Shown: positions 25,989 to 35,007 of the stretch, piece by piece
Numbering within the stretch: the stretch's first letter is position 1
Layout: each line of letters opens with the position of its first letter
Assembly (NCBI GenBank): GCA_004297215.1
Contig: SCUM01000001.1
Coordinates: 417,181-481,180 of the forward strand
From: Patescibacteria group bacterium
GTDB taxonomy: Bacteria > Patescibacteriota > Patescibacteriia > UBA9934 > GWF2-40-263
DNA: 64,000 nucleotides
Reading direction: 5' to 3'
Notes under the pieces: model-generated
What the model was told of the DNA's origin: nothing
Database searches by the model: none
Seen by the model: only the letters and a program-made list of their open reading frames with translations
Made by a program: the position numbers and the translations under genes

Positions 25989-27461
25989 CTATTCCTTGCT
26001 CGCCTTCACAAACGCCTTGTAGATTTCCACCATGGCCAGGGTATCGAGCTTGCAGTAGGCGAGGAGGTCGCGGCGCAGCGCCTTTTTGCGCTTGGCAGTG
26101 GTGCGCGGATCCGTGAGCTCGGGCCATCCGGCCGCGGCCATCTCGCCGTTGCGGACGTTGAGGCTGCCGTAGGAAAGGCTCGGGACCACCACGGGGAGCA
26201 CCTTCTTGAGGCTGGCGCTCCCTTCGAAGCGACTGTCGAGGTAGAGCCCGCGCTTCACCACCTGCATGAGGTCGTACATCCGCTCGTTGATCGAGCGCAG
26301 CGGTGCGCGCAACGACGGCACCAGGCGCGCGAGCTCCTCGTTGCGACTGGCCTCGAACCGCTCGTTCCACACGATCACGCTTCCCGCGCTTGCGATGTCG
26401 CGCGCGAGCGCGGCGGCCACGGGCCTCGCCGGATCCGTGGACGCGTCGTGCAGGAACTCCTTGTGCTCGAGCCTTCCGCCGGGCTTGCGCAGCACGTGCA
26501 GCGAATACTGGAACACGGCCTGCTGGTAGGGCCGGTACCCGTCGAAGTCCGGAATGGCCGAGGCGAACGTCTCGTAATCGAGGAAATGCAGCGGATACTC
26601 GAGCTCTGCGAACTCGCGCGCGAGCCCCTCGCGGTCGATGTTGGCCGCGGGCTTCTTCGCGCGCGCTCGCTTGAACGCCGCGGCGCCGCCCAGCGACTCG
26701 AGCAGGTCGGGCGGCACGTTCTTGGGCGCGATGACGCCGCGCGCGAGCAGCTCGCGCAGCCGCGCGCGCGGGAGGCCCGGCGCGATGGCGTACACGTCCT
26801 CGTGCAAGATGGTGCCGGCGTACAGCGGCAGGTACGGGCAGGACCCAGGCGCGGAGCAGGCCTTGAGGAGATCGAGCCCGGCTTTCGTGGAAAGCGCGAG
26901 CGTCTTCTTCGCGCGCGCGATCTGCGTGCGCGCCACCGGGAGCGCCGTCTTCACCTCCTGCGTGAGGTTCACCGTGGCGAGCACGCCGAACGGGTCCACC
27001 TTCCCCCGGCGCACGTACTGGTTGTTGACGTGCACGAGGAAGGTCTTTCCCACGCGGATCCCGGATTCCTCCAGGCAGACCCGCTGGAACGCGAGGTCCA
27101 TCACGTGCGTCCCCTTCTGCCCCGTGGACGACTTCACCTCGTACAGGTCCCACGAGCGCCCGCGCTTCACCAGGATGTCGCAGCGGCAGGTGATCCCGTT
27201 GCCCGTGAAGGTAGGCTGGAACAGCACCGTCGCCCCGCCCGCGATCGCCGAAGCCGTGTTGCGCGCCCCCGCCTCGTTGAACCCCGCGATCTCCACCCCG
27301 CGCGGGAACAATTTCTTCGCGAACAGGTCCACCTTGTTCCCTTCGTCGAACAGCCGCTGCAAGGCCGCATCGATCGGCGGCAGCAGGTGCGGCATGTTCT
27401 TCACGAGCCACAGCTGGCAGGAACACTCGAGGAACTTGAGGAAGTTGGATTTGGTAAGCAT
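25989..27461 (-). CDS. DUF2779-like protein: N-terminal RecB/Cas4-like nuclease with Cys cluster plus C-terminal DEDD-like exonuclease region
   Basis: 490 aa. N-terminal LECSCQ and CSAPGSCPYLPLY cysteines. C-terminal FLDYETFASAIPDFDGYRPYQQAVFQYS resembles the exonuclease motif I region. 11 bp downstream of fic. Confidence 0.55.
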   Translation of the reverse strand: MLTKSNFLKFLECSCQLWLVKNMPHLLPPIDAALQRLFDEGNKVDLFAKKLFPRGVEIAGFNEAGARNTASAIAGGATVLFQPTFTGNGITCRCDILVKRGRSWDLYEVKSSTGQKGTHVMDLAFQRVCLEESGIRVGKTFLVHVNNQYVRRGKVDPFGVLATVNLTQEVKTALPVARTQIARAKKTLALSTKAGLDLLKACSAPGSCPYLPLYAGTILHEDVYAIAPGLPRARLRELLARGVIAPKNVPPDLLESLGGAAAFKRARAKKPAANIDREGLAREFAELEYPLHFLDYETFASAIPDFDGYRPYQQAVFQYSLHVLRKPGGRLEHKEFLHDASTDPARPVAAALARDIASAGSVIVWNERFEASRNEELARLVPSLRAPLRSINERMYDLMQVVKRGLYLDSRFEGSASLKKVLPVVVPSLSYGSLNVRNGEMAAAGWPELTDPRTTAKRKKALRRDLLAYCKLDTLAMVEIYKAFVKASKE

Positions 27462-27472
27462 GAAGTGTCTGA

Positions 27473-28606
27473 TTATGTGCCGTTTTGCTCGAACAGCTTG
27501 AGGTACTCCTTATGCTTGTAGGTCTGGCCGTAGCGCTTCTCTTGCGGGTGGAGGATCCCTTCTTTGACAAGCCGACGGGCGAGGTTATATGCCCCTTGGC
27601 GCGAGACGCCCGCGACTTCCTCGATTCTCCGCGCGTTGATGATTGGCGACTTATACAGCTCCTTGAGCACCGCCAGAGCCCCGACGCTCGTCTTCCTTGG
27701 AAGCAACGCGATCGTTACCATGTCACGCTCGCGCAACATGACGATGGCATCACATGTTGCGATCGCCTCGGTCGCCACCTCGATGACGCCTTTCAGGAAG
27801 AATTGCAGCCACGCTTCGACGGATCCCTCCCGATATTCATCAAGACGTTCGAAATACGCCTTGCGATGCTTCTTCAGGAAGGCGGAGAGGTACAGGACCG
27901 GCCGAGCCAGGATTCCCTGTTGGCACAGGTAGAACGTCATGAGCAGGCGACCCATCCGCCCGTTCCCGTCGCGGAACGGATGGATGGTCTCGAACTGCGC
28001 GTGCGCGATTCCCGCCTTCAACAACGGCGGGATCTCCTTGGACTTGTGGAGGAACATTTCCAAGTCACCCAAGGTCCGCAACAGCTCATGTGCCGGCGGC
28101 GGCACGTACCTCGCGTCGAACGGGCTCGTCCCGTCAATCCAGTTCTGGTCATTACGAAACTGGCCGGGCCTCGGGTCATGGTCGCTGCGGGCATCCGTCA
28201 TCAGCACCTCGTGCACGTCCTTAAGAAGCCGTAGCGTCAATGGAAAATCTTTCAATCTCTCCAATCCGGCATCCATGGCCTGGATATAATGCAGGATGTC
28301 GTCCACGTCCTGCGGCAGACCCGGGACTTTCTCGATTTCCGCCTGCAACGCATCGCTCAATTTCGCCCTCGTGCCCTCGATCTGGCTCGAATAGGCCGCT
28401 TCCTTCTTCACGTACATGAAGATGAAGAAGCCGATATCAGGCAACAGCTTGGTGATGCCATCCAGCTTACCTAGACGCAACGTAGCCTCGGCAAGCAGCC
28501 GGATTGTCTCAGGCTGCGTAACGAAGGAAGCCCCGCCCGGTGGAAATCGGTCAGGAATGAAGGCTTTATATCCTTCTTTTTGCTTTACATTGGCCCCGAT
28601 TCGCAT
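27473..28606 (-). CDS. fic: Fic family protein (AMPylase), Fic_N + Fic + C-terminal wHTH
   Basis: Canonical motif IHPFRDGNGRMGRLLMTFYL; 377 aa. Confidence 0.85.
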   Translation of the reverse strand: MRIGANVKQKEGYKAFIPDRFPPGGASFVTQPETIRLLAEATLRLGKLDGITKLLPDIGFFIFMYVKKEAAYSSQIEGTRAKLSDALQAEIEKVPGLPQDVDDILHYIQAMDAGLERLKDFPLTLRLLKDVHEVLMTDARSDHDPRPGQFRNDQNWIDGTSPFDARYVPPPAHELLRTLGDLEMFLHKSKEIPPLLKAGIAHAQFETIHPFRDGNGRMGRLLMTFYLCQQGILARPVLYLSAFLKKHRKAYFERLDEYREGSVEAWLQFFLKGVIEVATEAIATCDAIVMLRERDMVTIALLPRKTSVGALAVLKELYKSPIINARRIEEVAGVSRQGAYNLARRLVKEGILHPQEKRYGQTYKHKEYLKLFEQNGT

Positions 28607-28690
28607 ACATTGACATCTGTGTTATCAATGTCAATATTTAGACACTTTTTTTGACTTTAGTCAAACACATGTCAAGATCCCAACTCGGCG

Positions 28691-29158
28691 TCAGCCGTTC
28701 GGCCGCCAAATGGCAAAGGTGAGGTAGGTCGCGAAACAGACCCAGGCGAAGTACGGCGCGAGGAGCCACGAGGCGGCGCGTGAAGTCGGGCGGACCTGCC
28801 AGATGAGCCAGGCCACGTTCGCGGCGAGCGCCGCGGACACGAGGACCGCCGGACCGACGAGATGCAGGCCGAAGAACGTGACGCTCCAACCGACGTTGAG
28901 CAGGCCGTTCACGACGAACCCGCCGATGACCCGGCGGAATTCCCTGCCCCGCCTGGCATGCGTCCAATACACGATGATCGAAACGGCCGCGAGCACGAAC
29001 AGGACCGTCCACACCGTGCCAATCACGTTCCCGCCCGGCGTCCACGCCGGCACCTGAATCGTCCGATACCAATCCATCCCCCGCGCCGTCACCAAACTCC
29101 CCGCCAGGGCGGTGAGAAAGACGAGGGTGACGATGACGAAGTTCGACTTGGTGAGCAT
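28691..29158 (-). CDS. tspO: TspO/MBR family tryptophan-rich sensory protein
   Basis: NVGWSVTFFG, WLLAPYFAWVCFATYLTFAIW; five TM helices; ~155 aa from MLTKSNF. Confidence 0.8.
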   Translation of the reverse strand: MLTKSNFVIVTLVFLTALAGSLVTARGMDWYRTIQVPAWTPGGNVIGTVWTVLFVLAAVSIIVYWTHARRGREFRRVIGGFVVNGLLNVGWSVTFFGLHLVGPAVLVSAALAANVAWLIWQVRPTSRAASWLLAPYFAWVCFATYLTFAIWRPNG

Positions 29159-29213
29159 GGAAACAATGATACACCGTGAAACGAAAGGCGGCACCAGATG
29201 GTACCGCCGAGCA

Positions 29214-29579
29214 CTACGCCTTTTCGTAGAAGGTGAAGGTGTATTTCATCTCCGGCTGTTTCACGACGAGCCAATGCGTTGGCCCCAGCCCGTCGACCAT
29301 CGTCTTCCCGATCCCCTCTTCGGAAACCGTGTACCCGACGACGCGGTCGTCGAAGTCTTTGCAATGCCTTTGCCCCATCTGGACCGCCACTTCGATCGGC
29401 CCGCAGCCCGAGCCGATTGCCTTGTATCCCCCAAGCTCGTCTTCACGCAGCGGAAAGATCGTCTTCGTCCGATTCGGCTCCATAAAACTCCAAAACTCTC
29501 CCGGAACGGAAGAGTTTGATGAGGTTACTTCTTCGAACAATGGCTGAAAGTCCTGAGCGTAGTCCCTTAAGCTTCTCAC
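29214..29579 (-). CDS. hypothetical protein
   Basis: ORF at the boundary of the low-GC island. No family recognised. Start may be the internal MEPNRTK. Confidence 0.35.
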   Translation of the reverse strand: MRSLRDYAQDFQPLFEEVTSSNSSVPGEFWSFMEPNRTKTIFPLREDELGGYKAIGSGCGPIEVAVQMGQRHCKDFDDRVVGYTVSEEGIGKTMVDGLGPTHWLVVKQPEMKYTFTFYEKA

Positions 29580-29765
29580 GGGACGGAGTCGAAGGACGGG
29601 TCAAAGGGCCGATTCCCTCGCTGCGCTCTGGATAGTATTCAGTTGTGCCCTCACGTTAACGGCTGAAAGTACGAAGGTCAAGAATGCGCAATATTGTTAA
29701 GTAATTTTCTGTGGATAAGCGGCTTGTATTTTGATGCTTTAGGGTTGATAATTAATACAACCCAT

Positions 29766-31127
29766 ATGAACCTTGGCGGCGCAATCAGATCCGCAAGAGA
29801 GGAGCTCGGTGTCGGCATTAAAAAACTTGCCGCCGAACTTGATATCGATTACTCGCACCTGAGTAAGATCGAGAACTGTCACATCAAGCCGTCAAAGGAC
29901 CTGCTCATGCGACTCGCTTATGCGCTCCAAAAAGACGTCGACGAATGGCTGATCCTCTCGGGTTGTCTCCCAACCGACATCGCCAGGGCCGCCGCTCAGG
30001 ACCCCGCGGGATTTCTAAAAAACCTTAGACGTTCTAAATACTGTAAACCTGAAGGAGGGAGTGTGATGAAAAAAAATACGCGAAACCCAGTCATCAGTCT
30101 TTTCACCGGAGCGGGCGGAATGGATCTCGGATTGGAGGAAGCGGGATTCGATACCGTGCTATCCGTTGAATTCAATCCCGTATTTCGTCAGACGATCCGC
30201 CTGAATCGTCCTGATTGGAATCCGGTCGACGACCATAACGGCGACGTGACGAAAATCTCCGTCGATTATATTTTGGAGAAAACCGGTTTAAAACCGGGCC
30301 AGGCCGCGCTGGTCGTCGGCGGCGCACCCTGTCAGCCTTTCAGCAATCTCGGCTCAAAGAGAGGCACGGCCGATTCCCGCGGAACGCTTTTCCAGGATTT
30401 CATCAGAATCGTAAAAGGCGTCAGGCCAAAGGGTTTCATCTTCGAGAACGTGGAGGGTCTGACACAGGACAAGCATAAAGGAGTGATCTCCACTTTGGAG
30501 AGCGCGTTTGCGAATCTCGGTTACCGCGTGTCCTCAAAAATCCTTCTGGCCGCCGACTACGGCGTTCCTCAGAAACGAAAACGCCTTTTCGTCATCGGGG
30601 TCAGATCCGGAAAAAATGCTCCGTCCTTCCCCGAGCCTACGCATTCAAAAACCAACGAGCCTGGAAAAAAGGCATGGGTTACGGTTCGTGAAGCCTTCGC
30701 GAAGATTCCGAAAGAACGTTTGAACCAGAATGATTGCCATTCCATGAATCATTCGCCTGGCATGCTAAAGCGACTTTCCTTGGTTCCAGCAGGAGGAAAC
30801 TTTAAGGATCTCCCGAAACGACTGCTCCCCGATTGCTGGAAAAGCGGCAAGTATCAGGGTCAGGATACCTTCGGCAGGGTCAAGTGGAACGAACCGTCAG
30901 TGACCATCCGAACCTGCGGATATAATCCGACAAAAGGACGATACATTCATCCGTCCGAAAACCGCGGTCTTAACACGATCGAGATGGCCGTATTGCAAAG
31001 TTTCCCGATCGATTACAAATATTGCGGCGGACTGAAGACAGTCGGAGAGCAGATCGGCAATGCGGTGCCGCCCGGTCTCGCAAAAGCAGTGGGCCTTTCC
31101 ATGAAAGAAGCGATCGGCTTAGCCTGA
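29766..31127 (+). CDS. DNA (cytosine-5)-methyltransferase with N-terminal fused HTH (XRE-like) domain
   Basis: HTH: IKKLAAELDIDYSHLSKIEN. MTase motifs I LFTGAGGMDLG, IV GGAPCQPFS, VI ENVEGL, VIII PQKRKRLFVIG. No stop codon between HTH and MTase. Low-GC. Confidence 0.85.
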   Translation: MNLGGAIRSAREELGVGIKKLAAELDIDYSHLSKIENCHIKPSKDLLMRLAYALQKDVDEWLILSGCLPTDIARAAAQDPAGFLKNLRRSKYCKPEGGSVMKKNTRNPVISLFTGAGGMDLGLEEAGFDTVLSVEFNPVFRQTIRLNRPDWNPVDDHNGDVTKISVDYILEKTGLKPGQAALVVGGAPCQPFSNLGSKRGTADSRGTLFQDFIRIVKGVRPKGFIFENVEGLTQDKHKGVISTLESAFANLGYRVSSKILLAADYGVPQKRKRLFVIGVRSGKNAPSFPEPTHSKTNEPGKKAWVTVREAFAKIPKERLNQNDCHSMNHSPGMLKRLSLVPAGGNFKDLPKRLLPDCWKSGKYQGQDTFGRVKWNEPSVTIRTCGYNPTKGRYIHPSENRGLNTIEMAVLQSFPIDYKYCGGLKTVGEQIGNAVPPGLAKAVGLSMKEAIGLA

Positions 31128-31134
31128 AGCGAGC

Positions 31135-31995
31135 TCATTTGCGCGTGGAGCGATCAAAAAAATCATCGATGTCCGATAACTTCCTGATGCATGAAATCCC
31201 GTCGACAGCTCGAACGGATTCCGCGAACACGTTCGTGATTGACGAAATCGCCGCCGTCTTTAATACGGCCTGGTCGGGTCCCGTAGGTTCCGTGTTGGTA
31301 AGCGCGTAATACTTGGTCGAAAAATCGATTTTCCAATAACGCGTCTGCAAGTGCGCCGTGAGAGCCTTGATGATGTTCCCTTCGTGGACGAACTGATAAC
31401 GCCGGTCGGGACGGACCGACGTCTTGGCCGAAACGACGAATTTCATCCCGTCGAACGGGCATCTGCCGACGAACTTCTGATAAAGCCTGTCTAAAAATTC
31501 AGCGGTCGTTTCGTCAAACGTCTTGATGGCGGGTTGCGAGAAGGCGGCAGCCGCGGATTCACGATCGATTTTTCGCAGATCCAGGCAAACGAAGTCCGGG
31601 TTGGACATCTGCAGTTCGATGCCCTGCAGTGAGAGATGATCCTTGAGCTCACGGATCCTTGAGCGGACGTCTTCATCAAAAAATTCAGTGAACTCCACGG
31701 CGCTCACGTTCGGGATGGTGAATAGGCAGAATTTCCCGGATTTCTTGGAGAGGTTGTAAAATCTTGCCGCCAGAAGCATTTCGAACCACTCTCCCCTCGC
31801 GTTATTAAACGCGTTCGAATTGATGGCGACGCCGATCTCGCTCGCTTCCTTCCTCACAAAGGCCTCGATCTTTGCCAGAGCCTCCTCGATGTCGCAGTCT
31901 TCCGGAATTTCCGGAAAAACGGCAGAGATGGCCTTGACCCTCTTAATCTTCCATGAATTTCCTGAGGTCTGTTCGAGCGTCCTAGGTGCTGGCAT
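31135..31995 (-). CDS. type II restriction endonuclease, Cfr10I/NgoMIV/Bse634I-like
   Basis: 286 aa, convergent with the MTase. PD at 133-134 (SNPDFVCLDLRK), S189-x-K191 (VVSAKTS) and E205 (VHEG). This spacing matches my recollection of the Cfr10I D134/S188/K190/E204 active site. Low-GC. Confidence 0.55.
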   Translation of the reverse strand: MPAPRTLEQTSGNSWKIKRVKAISAVFPEIPEDCDIEEALAKIEAFVRKEASEIGVAINSNAFNNARGEWFEMLLAARFYNLSKKSGKFCLFTIPNVSAVEFTEFFDEDVRSRIRELKDHLSLQGIELQMSNPDFVCLDLRKIDRESAAAAFSQPAIKTFDETTAEFLDRLYQKFVGRCPFDGMKFVVSAKTSVRPDRRYQFVHEGNIIKALTAHLQTRYWKIDFSTKYYALTNTEPTGPDQAVLKTAAISSITNVFAESVRAVDGISCIRKLSDIDDFFDRSTRK

Positions 31996-32051
31996 ATTAG
32001 CCAGAGTCTATCCGCTCCACCCGAAAAAGGCCATGGATATCTTTTCTCCGA

Positions 32052-32440
32052 AAAAACGCAGTGAAATAATGTCTGCGATCCGCAGCAAGGGCACGAAGCC
32101 GGAAAAGACCGTCTTCCGTGCGCTTCGGGCTAGCGGTATCTACTTCCGGACCCACTACAAGCGAGCCGTCGGGACGCCGGACATCGCCTTGCCCAAAAAG
32201 AAAATCGCCATCTTCATCGATGGTGATTTTTGGCATGGCTACCGCTACCCTGCCTGGAAGCGCAAGCTCAAGCCGTTCTGGAGGGCGAAGATTGAACGCA
32301 ACCGGGCTCGTGATAAACGCACATTCGCGAGGCTACGACGTGATGGATGGAAGGTGCTGCGAATATGGGAACATGAGTTGACGAAATCCAGAGCGGAGAC
32401 GACCATCCGACGGATTGCCGAATATCTATCCCACATTTAG
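32052..32440 (+). CDS. vsr: very short patch repair endonuclease
   Basis: 129 aa. SEIMSAIRSKGTKPE...IAIFIDGDFWHG...WKVLRIWEHEL is the canonical Vsr core. Adjacent to the m5C MTase. Confidence 0.85.
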
Positions 32441-32449
32441 AATCGATGT

Positions 32450-33082
32450 TTAAGCAGCCTTTACGACCTGTACTACCTTTCCAGCAATGAAAAGATTATC
32501 GTCTGAGTGTAGGATAATCGGCGTAAAAGATTCGGTAGATTCAGGCACAAGAGTCATCGTTTTGTTTTTCTTATCCAAACGGACCTTTTTAATTGTTGCG
32601 CAGCCGTCGATCACACTAACGACATAATCGTTGTCTCGTGGAGTTTTCTCTGTTCGATCGACTAGGACCAAGTCTCCATTTTCAATGTTTGAACCTTTCA
32701 GATTTGCTCTATTCATTGAGTTTCCGACAGCGCGAATTGCAAAAATTTTTCTCTGACCGACAATCCGTTTTGATACTTTCAAATAACCCTCGACTTCATC
32801 ATTGGCAATGATTGAGGCCGTGCCACAATTCGCGGCACCAAAAATGGGAACTGAAATAAAATCTCTAGAAATCTTCTGAGGATTTGCAAGAAGATATTCT
32901 CGATTGAGAAAATCCGCGGTAATCAACCCGCGTTCCTGAAGACGAGTGAGATGATGTTTGACGATTTGGGGCGCGTCAGGAGCGCCAACAAGGCCTCCGA
33001 TTTCACGCAGGGTTTTTCCAGACAGCCGGCGAGTTTTGGCCAGGTCGAGCAACTTTTTCTGAATTTTGTGAATGGGTCCCAT
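32450..33082 (-). CDS. LexA/CI-like repressor (N-terminal wHTH + S24 peptidase)
   Basis: AVGNSMNRANL (Ser nucleophile, G-x-S-M) and downstream Lys (IKKVRL). N-terminal LSGKTLREIGGLVG..IVKHHLTRLQERGLI HTH. Start MGPIHK at 33080-33082. Confidence 0.7.
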   Translation of the reverse strand: MGPIHKIQKKLLDLAKTRRLSGKTLREIGGLVGAPDAPQIVKHHLTRLQERGLITADFLNREYLLANPQKISRDFISVPIFGAANCGTASIIANDEVEGYLKVSKRIVGQRKIFAIRAVGNSMNRANLKGSNIENGDLVLVDRTEKTPRDNDYVVSVIDGCATIKKVRLDKKNKTMTLVPESTESFTPIILHSDDNLFIAGKVVQVVKAA

Positions 33083-33481
33083 ATCGCGATGATAATGGAG
33101 TGGTGCAAAATAGTCAATTTGACGGAATTGACAGCCTAGACAAGCCCCACTACCATGATGGGGTCCGAAGCGGGAGAGAGGAACTGCCGGGCGAGCTCCC
33201 ACAGGTAAAGGTCGGGCTCGAGCGAGGACCTTAATTCACCAGAATGCATATGGCACGTACGACACCATACCATTCCATCAATGGCACCGTTCATCACGTG
33301 TACACCCAGTGTACCGTGGGGAACAACATCGAGCGCGACAAGCGTCGCGACGGGACGGGCAACCTCCCGCTCTGCTCCGTGTGTCACGACATTGATCGCG
33401 GCTTGCGCGACAGGTAGACGCCGGCTAAATCGGGCGGGGACGCATGTCCTCGCCCGATCAAAGATTAATATAAGAACAAAT

Positions 33482-33685
33482 ATGCCCAAATCTACTCGCA
33501 ACACGGGGAAACAGTGGTCGGCGACGGATGAGAAGGCGCTTCGAGGTCTTGCCGGGAAAAATACCCCTACACGTGTCATGGGCCTTAAGCTCGGCCGTAC
33601 GGAAAATGCGATCAATTCCAAAGCCCAGGAGCTGGGAGTTAGCCTGAAGCCGACAAATCAACCGCCATATAACCGTAAAAAATGA
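33482..33685 (+). CDS. possible small Cro-like/HTH protein (67 aa), divergent from the CI-like repressor
   Basis: ALRGLAGKNTPTRVMGLKLGRTENAINSKAQELG has HTH character. Weak evidence. Confidence 0.25.
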   Translation: MPKSTRNTGKQWSATDEKALRGLAGKNTPTRVMGLKLGRTENAINSKAQELGVSLKPTNQPPYNRKK

Positions 33686-33709
33686 TTGAACGCTGGCGGG
33701 CCCGGTTTC

Positions 33710-35005
33710 CTACATCAACCCGCTCATGAACTCCATCACCCGCTCATCCATCATCAGATGCCTTAGCATCACCGGCTTAGCCAGCACGATTCCCTCCAGA
33801 GTCCGGCACCGGCTCAATGCCACGTACACCTGCCCCGCAGCAAATGCCCCGGTGCCGAGGTCGACGATCACCTTGTCGAAGGTCTTGCCCTGGCTCTTAT
33901 GAATCGTCGCCGCCCACGCTAGGCGGAGCGGGACCTGGGTGAAGGTGCCTACTTTTTCCTGATCGAGCGTCTTGGCCTTCTGGTCGTATGCGGAGCGGTA
34001 GAGCGTCCACGTGGTGGGCGAAACGGTGAAGGTCTCGTCATCGTCGGTAAGGACCTCTACGGAAACGTCGTTGAGCTTGGTGACGGTGCCGAGCGTGCCG
34101 TTCACCCAGCGGCCTTCGCCGTCGTTCTTCACGAACATCACGCGGGCGCCTTTCTTGAGGAGCAGGCTTGCGTCCGTTGGCATGTCGCGCTCGGGGAAGC
34201 CGCCGGTGGTGCGGCCTTCGTACGCCACGGCCTTGCCGGAGAGCGCCTTAAGGCGGCGGTCGTTCACTTCATCGGCGGCGGCGTTGGTGGTGGTGAGGTA
34301 GATGTAGCTGGCGGCATCGCCCTTGAGCTTGCCGTCCACGCGGTCGTTGAGCTTGTTCAACTGCGCGGCGTCCATGGACCGGTCGCGCACGGTGTTAAGC
34401 AGCGACACGAAATCCTTGTCGCGCTGGCGGTAGACCGTTTCGAGCTCGATGAAGGCGACCTTGCCAACGTCGGTGAGGTTCCGCACCACGTCGGAGGAAA
34501 AGAAGTACGGGGTGCCGTAGCGGTCGGCGAAGGCGGTGCGTTCGTCGGAGCGGATGACGGGCGGGAGCTGGAACAGGTCGCCGATGGCGATCACGCGCAC
34601 CCCGCCGAACGGGCGCTTGTCGCGGCGGACGGTGCGCAGGAAGATGTCCATGCAGTCCATGAGGTCGGCGCGCACCATGGAGATCTCGTCGATCACGAGC
34701 GCGTCGACGGACTGGTACAGCTGCGGCGGGGCTTCCTTGCCGTCATGCTGCGCCTCGAACAGGGTGATGCCCGGGGAGAAGCGAAAAAAGGAATGGATGG
34801 TTTCCCCTTCGATGTTGAGCGCGGCGACCCCGGTGGGCGCGAGATAGGCGCATTTGAGCTTCGTGGTCTTGCGAAACTCCTTCAGCAGGGTGGATTTCCC
34901 CGTCCCGGCGCGGCCGGTCACGAAAACGAAGGGGTCGTCCCCTTCCATGAAACGGATCGCGGCGTCGAACGCAGGATTTTTCTCTAAAACCGAACGGGTC
35001 GCCAT
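33710..35005 (-). CDS. PIF1/RecD-like (AAA_30) DNA helicase
   Basis: Walker A FVTGRAGTGKST, Walker B ALVIDEISMV, motif GDLFQLPPV. C-terminal SH3-like and 2B region ATIHKSQGKTFD; 431 aa. Confidence 0.75.
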   Translation of the reverse strand: MATRSVLEKNPAFDAAIRFMEGDDPFVFVTGRAGTGKSTLLKEFRKTTKLKCAYLAPTGVAALNIEGETIHSFFRFSPGITLFEAQHDGKEAPPQLYQSVDALVIDEISMVRADLMDCMDIFLRTVRRDKRPFGGVRVIAIGDLFQLPPVIRSDERTAFADRYGTPYFFSSDVVRNLTDVGKVAFIELETVYRQRDKDFVSLLNTVRDRSMDAAQLNKLNDRVDGKLKGDAASYIYLTTTNAAADEVNDRRLKALSGKAVAYEGRTTGGFPERDMPTDASLLLKKGARVMFVKNDGEGRWVNGTLGTVTKLNDVSVEVLTDDDETFTVSPTTWTLYRSAYDQKAKTLDQEKVGTFTQVPLRLAWAATIHKSQGKTFDKVIVDLGTGAFAAGQVYVALSRCRTLEGIVLAKPVMLRHLMMDERVMEFMSGLM

Positions 35006-35007
35006 TC

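Noticed and set aside
25809-27570. 570-aa plus-strand and 544-aa minus-strand ORFs overlapping the DUF2779 gene
   Set aside because: Both are R/A/G/P-rich low-complexity frames. The 25989-27461 frame has the Cys cluster and exonuclease-like motifs.
29766-30060. N-terminal HTH of the methyltransferase considered as a separate controller (C) protein
   Set aside because: There is no stop codon between the HTH region and MTase motif I. It reads as one continuous ORF. It is therefore treated as a fused regulatory domain, as in M.SsoII-type enzymes.
33136-33621. 161-aa minus-strand ORF upstream of the CI-like repressor
   Set aside because: It overlaps the repressor's 5' end and promoter region. 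Its composition is unconvincing and it lacks motifs. More likely this is non-coding regulatory DNA.
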